Notes under the pieces: generated by a model
Databases searched by the model: none
The model's input: the letters and a program-made list of their open reading frames with translations, nothing else
Told to the model about the DNA's origin: nothing
DNA from: Patescibacteria group bacterium
Lineage (GTDB): Bacteria > Patescibacteriota > Patescibacteriia > UBA1558 > UBA10009
Assembly: GCA_041662565.1 (NCBI GenBank)
Contig: JBAZSE010000002.1
Location: 155,244 to 219,243, forward strand
Direction: 5' to 3'
DNA length: 64,000 nt
Shown here: positions 59,150 through 64,000 of the stretch, piece by piece
Position numbering within the stretch: the first letter of the stretch is position 1
Layout of the letters: every line of letters starts with the position of its first letter
Program-made: the position numbers and the translations under genes

Positions 59150-59899
59150 ATGCCTCAAATTTGGCTTTATTCTTTAACCAGCGTTTTGCTGGTGAGCTTG
59201 GTTTCCTTAGCCGGCATTATTACTTTATCCTTATCTTTGGATCGGCTTAAAAAAGTTTTAATTTTTTTGGTTAGCTTTTCGGCCGGCGCCATGCTGGGCG
59301 ATTTGTTTTTTCATCTTTTGCCCGAAATTGCCGAAACCCAAGGGTTTGGCGGGCTTACGCCGGTTTTATTTATCGGCGGAATGCTGTTATTTTTTATTTT
59401 AGAAAAATACATCCATTGGACTCACTGCCACGAACCTCTTTCGGACCAACATCCACATCATTTGGCCACCATGAACTTATTTGGCGATGGTTTGCATAAT
59501 TTTATTGACGGCTTAATGATTGCCGCAAGCTACATTATTTCCTTGCCTTTGGGCATTGCCACCACCTTAGCCATTGTTTTCCATGAAATTCCTCAAGAAA
59601 TTGGAGAGTTTGGCGTGCTTTTGCATGCCGGTTTTAGCAAAGGCAAGGCCATTTTTTATAATTTAATCTCGGCCGGCATGGCTATTATCGGCACTTTGAT
59701 CGGCCTGATGCTAGCCGAAAAATCTGACGCCTTTGCGGCTGCTATTTTACCTATTACTGCCGCCAGTTTTATTTATATTGCCACGGCCGACTTGATTCCG
59801 GAGCTTCATAAAGAAACCAAAATGACCAGGTCCTTTATCCAGCTTATCAGCTTGATTTTAGGTGCCGTAGCCATGTATTTATTGACATTCATGGAGTAA
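59150..59899 (+). CDS. zupT: ZIP-family zinc transporter
   Basis: HNFIDGLMIAASY and HEIPQEIGEFGVLL are ZIP motifs. Confidence 0.8.
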   Translation: MPQIWLYSLTSVLLVSLVSLAGIITLSLSLDRLKKVLIFLVSFSAGAMLGDLFFHLLPEIAETQGFGGLTPVLFIGGMLLFFILEKYIHWTHCHEPLSDQHPHHLATMNLFGDGLHNFIDGLMIAASYIISLPLGIATTLAIVFHEIPQEIGEFGVLLHAGFSKGKAIFYNLISAGMAIIGTLIGLMLAEKSDAFAAAILPITAASFIYIATADLIPELHKETKMTRSFIQLISLILGAVAMYLLTFME

Positions 59900-60000
59900 T
59901 CCATGGTTTTTTCTCAATATTGCTTTACAAATCTCGGGTCTAATGTTAGCCCTTAAAAAGGTACTGTAGTGGCGGGTTTTAAACCCCCCACTACTTCAGC

Positions 60001-60029
60001 TTGACAAAATTTAAATAGTTTGATATAAT
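60001..60029 (+). promoter_or_regulatory. Consensus sigma70 promoter (TTGACA-17-TATAAT)
   Basis: Both hexamers are perfect. It lies downstream of a GTAGTGG...CCACTAC hairpin and is followed by an ATCAAG...CTTGAT palindrome. Confidence 0.55.
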
Positions 60030-60081
60030 TTTAAATCAAGTTATCTTCTCTTGATAAATCTTGATCTATAATAAGCAAAAA

Positions 60082-60528
60082 ATGCTTAAATACCTTGTTT
60101 TATTAGGCGGAACCGTTCAATTGATTGGTATTGCCTACTACATCAAAGAGACCGTCCGTGGCAACATTCAGCCGAATAAAGCCAGTTGGCTTTTATGGGC
60201 GATTGCTCCAATGATAACGACCTTAGCCGCGCTATCTAAAGGTGTAACCTGGGCAGTAATTCCCACTTTTTTAGCCGGTTTGGGGCCGTTATTGGTATTT
60301 ATCGCATCATTTATTAATCATAAGGCCTACTGGAAACTGGGAAAATTTGATTATTTATGTGCCTTATTTTCCATTTTGGCTTTAATGCTCTGGGGAATTA
60401 CCAGTGATCCTCATATTGCGATATTATTTGCCATCTTAAGTGATACTTTTGCCGGCATACCGATCGTAGTAAAATCTGCATTACCCGGAAACGGAAAAAA
60501 TTACCCCCTACTCTTCCGGCTTATTTAG
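60082..60528 (+). CDS. Hypothetical membrane protein
   Basis: Four TM helices. The ATG at 60082 is preferred over the TTG at 60061. Confidence 0.35.
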   Translation: MLKYLVLLGGTVQLIGIAYYIKETVRGNIQPNKASWLLWAIAPMITTLAALSKGVTWAVIPTFLAGLGPLLVFIASFINHKAYWKLGKFDYLCALFSILALMLWGITSDPHIAILFAILSDTFAGIPIVVKSALPGNGKNYPLLFRLI

Positions 60529-60674
60529 TTCTATTACCAGTTTTTTTGCCATTAGCACTTGGAATTTTTCCTCCCTTGCTTTCCCAATTTACCTGGTAAT
60601 AATGAACGTATCTATAATTACCGCTTTAACTAAAAATAAATTTAAGAAAAACCTAAACTCTAAATCAAATATTC

Positions 60675-62012
60675 ATGACTAAAGAACCTCAAAATATCAC
60701 TACTGACTTTTCCGGACTAGGCATTGCGCCCAGTATTTTGGAAATGTTGGTTAAATTAAAAATTTTAACTCCAACGCCGATTCAAAAACAGGCCATTCCC
60801 ATTGCCATTCAAGGTAAAGATGTCATGGGCGTGGCACAAACCGGCACTGGCAAAACTTTTGCTTTTGGCATTCCTATGATCCAACGCTTGCACCAGATCA
60901 ATGGCCGGGGCTTGGTAATTTTACCTACCCGTGAACTAGCCCTGCAAGTAGATGAGGCCTTGCGCAAAATCGGCCGTAGCGTAAATTTAAAAACCACCGT
61001 GTTAATCGGTGGCATGCCCATGCATCCGCAATTGCGTGCGCTGGCATCGGACCCGCATATTGTTATCGGCACACCCGGCAGAATCAACGATCACTTAGTT
61101 CAAAAAAGTTTACGGTTGGAAAATACCAAAATTGTTGTGTTGGATGAAGCCGATCGCATGCTGGATATGGGATTTGCTCCGCAAATTAAAGAAATCTTTA
61201 AAAACTTGCCAGCCGATAGGCAAACTATGCTTTTTTCGGCTACCATGCCACCGGTAATTATCCGTATGGCCACAGCTTTAATGAAATTGCCAATAAGGAT
61301 TGAGGTGGCGCCAACCGGCACCACGGCTGATAATGTTACCCAAGAAATTTTTATTCTGCCTAAAGACGCTAAAGTGCGGATGGTGGAAAAATTATTAGCC
61401 CAATACTTAGGGCCGGTATTAATTTTTAGCCGAACCAAGCATGGCGCCAAACGCTTAAGCCAAATGATCCATGATTTTGGCCATACGGCAGCCGAACTGC
61501 ACTCCAACCGCTCACTCGGACAAAGGCGCGAGGCCCTGGATGGCTTTAAATCCGGGCGTTTCCGCGTTTTAATCGCAACGGATATTGCCTCTCGTGGCAT
61601 TGATGTAATTGGCATTGAATTGGTGTTAAACTTTGATTTACCTGCTAATGCCGAGGATTATGTTCATCGGATCGGTCGAACTGCTCGAGCTGGTTCAGGC
61701 GGACATGCTATTTCTCTAGTAACTCCCGATCAAAGAGGCGAACTAAGGGATATAGAAAGATTAGTCAAAAAAAATCTGCCTATTTCCAAAGTACCCGATC
61801 TGCCCCCGGCCAGAAACCATACCTTTACTAATAGCACCGGATCGAGCTCAGCTCGATCAAGTCGGCCACCTAGATCATCGAGTTCAGCTAGATTTAGCAG
61901 GACAATTAGCTCGGGTAAGCTTTCTTCACACAGACCATTTAGTTCAAGCAGACCAAGCTTTATGCCACGCCCTTACAAAGGGCCGGGCACTTTTAGACGC
62001 CGCCGACCATAA
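60675..62012 (+). CDS. DEAD-box ATP-dependent RNA helicase with Ser/Arg-rich C-terminal tail
   Basis: The Q motif, AQTGTGKT, DEAD, SAT and HRIGRTAR are present. Part of the tail is encoded by the palindromic repeats. Confidence 0.85.
   Translation: MTKEPQNITTDFSGLGIAPSILEMLVKLKILTPTPIQKQAIPIAIQGKDVMGVAQTGTGKTFAFGIPMIQRLHQINGRGLVILPTRELALQVDEALRKIGRSVNLKTTVLIGGMPMHPQLRALASDPHIVIGTPGRINDHLVQKSLRLENTKIVVLDEADRMLDMGFAPQIKEIFKNLPADRQTMLFSATMPPVIIRMATALMKLPIRIEVAPTGTTADNVTQEIFILPKDAKVRMVEKLLAQYLGPVLIFSRTKHGAKRLSQMIHDFGHTAAELHSNRSLGQRREALDGFKSGRFRVLIATDIASRGIDVIGIELVLNFDLPANAEDYVHRIGRTARAGSGGHAISLVTPDQRGELRDIERLVKKNLPISKVPDLPPARNHTFTNSTGSSSARSSRPPRSSSSARFSRTISSGKLSSHRPFSSSRPSFMPRPYKGPGTFRRRRP
61842..61858. 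repeat. Palindromic repeat copy (ATCGAGCTCAGCTCGAT) in frame in the helicase tail
   Basis: A perfect 17-bp palindrome that encodes GSSSARS. Confidence 0.65.
61878..61894. repeat. Degenerate palindromic repeat copy (ATCGAGTTCAGCTAGAT) in the helicase tail
   Basis: 14 of 17 positions match the family consensus, 20 bp after the previous copy. Confidence 0.45.
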
Positions 62013-62050
62013 CCTTGAAAAAATTAAGATTAGTTTTAATCAACAAAACT

Positions 62051-62320
62051 ATGTCTGACCCAATTCAAGAATTAAATAAAGAAATTGAAATCATCAAAGC
62101 TCGTAATAAAAAAGTCGAAGCTGATAAGGCCTGGGAAACAAGCTGGGGCAGAACCTTAAGCATTTCCCTAATTACCTATATTACGGCATCGGCTTTTTTA
62201 TATTTTAGCGGGGCAAAAAACTTTTTACTTAATGCCCTAGTGCCAACAATCGGCTATTTTTTATCAACCAGATCATTGCCTATGATTAAAAAATGGTGGC
62301 TAAAAAAATTTTGGCAATAA
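62051..62320 (+). CDS. Hypothetical small membrane protein
   Basis: The ATG at 62051 is preferred, and the protein has two TM helices. Confidence 0.3.
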   Translation: MSDPIQELNKEIEIIKARNKKVEADKAWETSWGRTLSISLITYITASAFLYFSGAKNFLLNALVPTIGYFLSTRSLPMIKKWWLKKFWQ

Positions 62321-62387
62321 AAAATTTATCTTAATTGCCAGATACAAATAAAAATTGTATAATAATAACAATTCTCTACGCAATTTT

Positions 62388-63260
62388 ATGCATAAAATCC
62401 GCAAAGCAATTATTCCTGTCGCCGGGTTTGGCACCCGCTTTTTACCGGCCACCAAAGCCCAGCCCAAAGAAATGCTACCGGTGGTTGATAAACCAACCAT
62501 CCAATACATTGTCGAGGCCTGCGCCCAAGCGGGCATTACCGAAATTATCATTGTTACGAGCGGTAACAAACGGGCGGTAGAAGATCATTTTGATAAAACG
62601 CCGGAACTGGAAAATTGGCTAATTAAAAGCAAAAATGAAACTCAATTAAAAGAACTGCGCTTAATCCCTCGCATGGCCAACTTTATTTATATTCGCCAAA
62701 AAGGCGGTTATGGCAATGGCACGCCGGTTTTAAACGCCGAACCTCTAATCGGCAACGAGCCCTTTGCCGTTTTGTGGGGCGATGAATTTTTTACCAATAA
62801 AACCGGAAAAAATTGGATTCAACAGATGATCGCCACTTACGAAAAATACCAAGATCCTGTTTTATCGGTTATTGAAGTAAGTAAAGAAGATACCAAGCGT
62901 TACGGTATTGTTGAAGGCGTAAAAGTGGAACCCAATATTTTTCAAGTTAAAGGTTTTGAAGAAAAGCCAGGCCCACAAAAAGCCAAATCCAATCTGGCAT
63001 TGGTGGGCGGCTACATTTTAACTCCGGAAATCTTTGGCATTCTTAAAAAAACCAAAATCGGTAAAGGCGGAGAGTTGTGGCTAGCCGATGCCATTAGCGC
63101 CCTGTTAAAAAAACGCTCCTTTTACGCCCGTAAAATTGAGGGCAAGCTGTACGATGCCGGCACCATTGGCGGCTGGCTTAAAGCCAATGTGGAACTGGCT
63201 TTGGAAAATCCTAAAGTTAATAAAGAGTTTAGAGCGTATTTAAAAAAATTGAAAGTTTGA
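62388..63260 (+). CDS. galU: UTP--glucose-1-phosphate uridylyltransferase
   Basis: AIIPVAGFGTRFLPATKAQPKEMLPVVDKP is the GalU signature. Confidence 0.85.
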   Translation: MHKIRKAIIPVAGFGTRFLPATKAQPKEMLPVVDKPTIQYIVEACAQAGITEIIIVTSGNKRAVEDHFDKTPELENWLIKSKNETQLKELRLIPRMANFIYIRQKGGYGNGTPVLNAEPLIGNEPFAVLWGDEFFTNKTGKNWIQQMIATYEKYQDPVLSVIEVSKEDTKRYGIVEGVKVEPNIFQVKGFEEKPGPQKAKSNLALVGGYILTPEIFGILKKTKIGKGGELWLADAISALLKKRSFYARKIEGKLYDAGTIGGWLKANVELALENPKVNKEFRAYLKKLKV

Positions 63261-63279
63261 AAAAGTAAACAAAAGCAAA

Positions 63280-64000
63280 ATGAAAAATTCAAATTCTAAA
63301 ATCAAATTTAAAATTCTTTTCTTATTGATTCTAGGAGTTTTTATATCCACCAGCGGTTTTTCTTGCAAACTTTTCCCCAAAACTGCCGTTCCGCAAACTT
63401 TAACCAAAACAACCGAGCTTAGCTATTGGGGAGTCTGGGATGAACCAAGTTTTGTTCAACCGTTAATTAACGATTTTCAGGCCCTACATCCCAACGTTAA
63501 AATAAAATACAGCCGTTTTAGATTTTCCGAATACAAGCAAAAGCTGTTAGAGGCCTGGGCAGCCGATCGCGGTCCCGATATTTACAGTATTCCTGCCAGC
63601 TGGCTTAAGGAATACCAAAATTTTATTACCCCCCAACCGGCCGAAATCAAGTTGGCTTTTGAGCAAATTACCAAAACACTGGGCAAGGAAGAAAAAACCA
63701 CCGTAGTTAAAAGCGTGCCGATTTTTAAAACGACCGATATTAAAAACAAATTTGTAGACCAGGTTGCAAGCGACGTGATTATTAATAATAAAATTTACGG
63801 CTTGCCCTACTCTTTGGATTCTTTAGCCCTATTTTACAATCGCGATTTACTGGATAAAGCGGGCATTGCCACGCCTCCGGTTACCTGGGATGATGTGGCC
63901 TCGGCTGCCAGCAAAATCAGCAAAATAGATTTAAATAACAATCCGGTAGAAGCCGGCATCTCACTGGGCACCGCCGAAAACATCAATAATGCAGGGGATA
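63280..64000 (+). CDS. ABC transporter extracellular solute-binding protein (family 1, sugar-type), 3'-truncated by window end
   Basis: The lipoprotein-like signal (ILGVFISTSGFSC) and conserved segments of SBP family 1. Confidence 0.6.
   Translation, partial: MKNSNSKIKFKILFLLILGVFISTSGFSCKLFPKTAVPQTLTKTTELSYWGVWDEPSFVQPLINDFQALHPNVKIKYSRFRFSEYKQKLLEAWAADRGPDIYSIPASWLKEYQNFITPQPAEIKLAFEQITKTLGKEEKTTVVKSVPIFKTTDIKNKFVDQVASDVIINNKIYGLPYSLDSLALFYNRDLLDKAGIATPPVTWDDVASAASKISKIDLNNNPVEAGISLGTAENINNAGD

Overview
The window is a gene-dense, roughly 40% GC bacterial chromosome segment with hallmarks of a reduced-genome Gram-positive-like lineage, possibly Patescibacteria/CPR (inference). The hallmarks are a 16S rRNA gene followed by tRNA-Ile and tRNA-Phe but no adjacent 23S, ribosomal proteins with charged tails, a type IV pilin, and a sortase/LPXTG system. 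Most genes are housekeeping: rpoB/rpoC, polA, holA, recA, uvrB, ruvA, ftsK, an SMC-like gene, rpsP, a KH-protein gene, trmD, rpsT, pyrE/pyrF, argH, glpX with a class I aldolase, femAB with a Mur ligase, wzx/wzy, galU and a DEAD-box helicase gene. Six tRNAs are present (Ile, Phe, Pro, Gly, Cys, Ser). Interleaved with this core are the features worth a second look: (1) a family of 17-bp perfect-palindrome repeats (ATCGAGCTSAGCTCGAT) in at least seven copies, several inserted in frame inside coding genes (the RibL-TruB fusion linker and the DEAD-box helicase tail); (2) a second GC-rich motif family (CCCGAGCGRAGTCGAGGGGYCT) inside polA and femAB, with related GC-rich blocks upstream of argH and trmD; (3) six higher-GC orphan genes, all on the minus strand and each wedged singly between housekeeping genes, two of which share a near-identical start context; (4) an unusual RibL-like adenylyltransferase fused to TruB, an apparently hinge-less SMC, a fungal URA3-type OMP decarboxylase, and a LAGLIDADG-like HTH protein between two tRNAs; (5) an LPXTG-anchored ice-binding-like (DUF3494) plus DUF11 surface protein with a dedicated sortase; (6) a tRNA-Ser-proximal accessory cluster (GIY-YIG, YdeI-like, nucleotidyltransferase, S51 peptidase). 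No CRISPR array, integrase or transposase was found. The ORF track treats TTG/GTG as M, so several true starts were moved to downstream ATGs.
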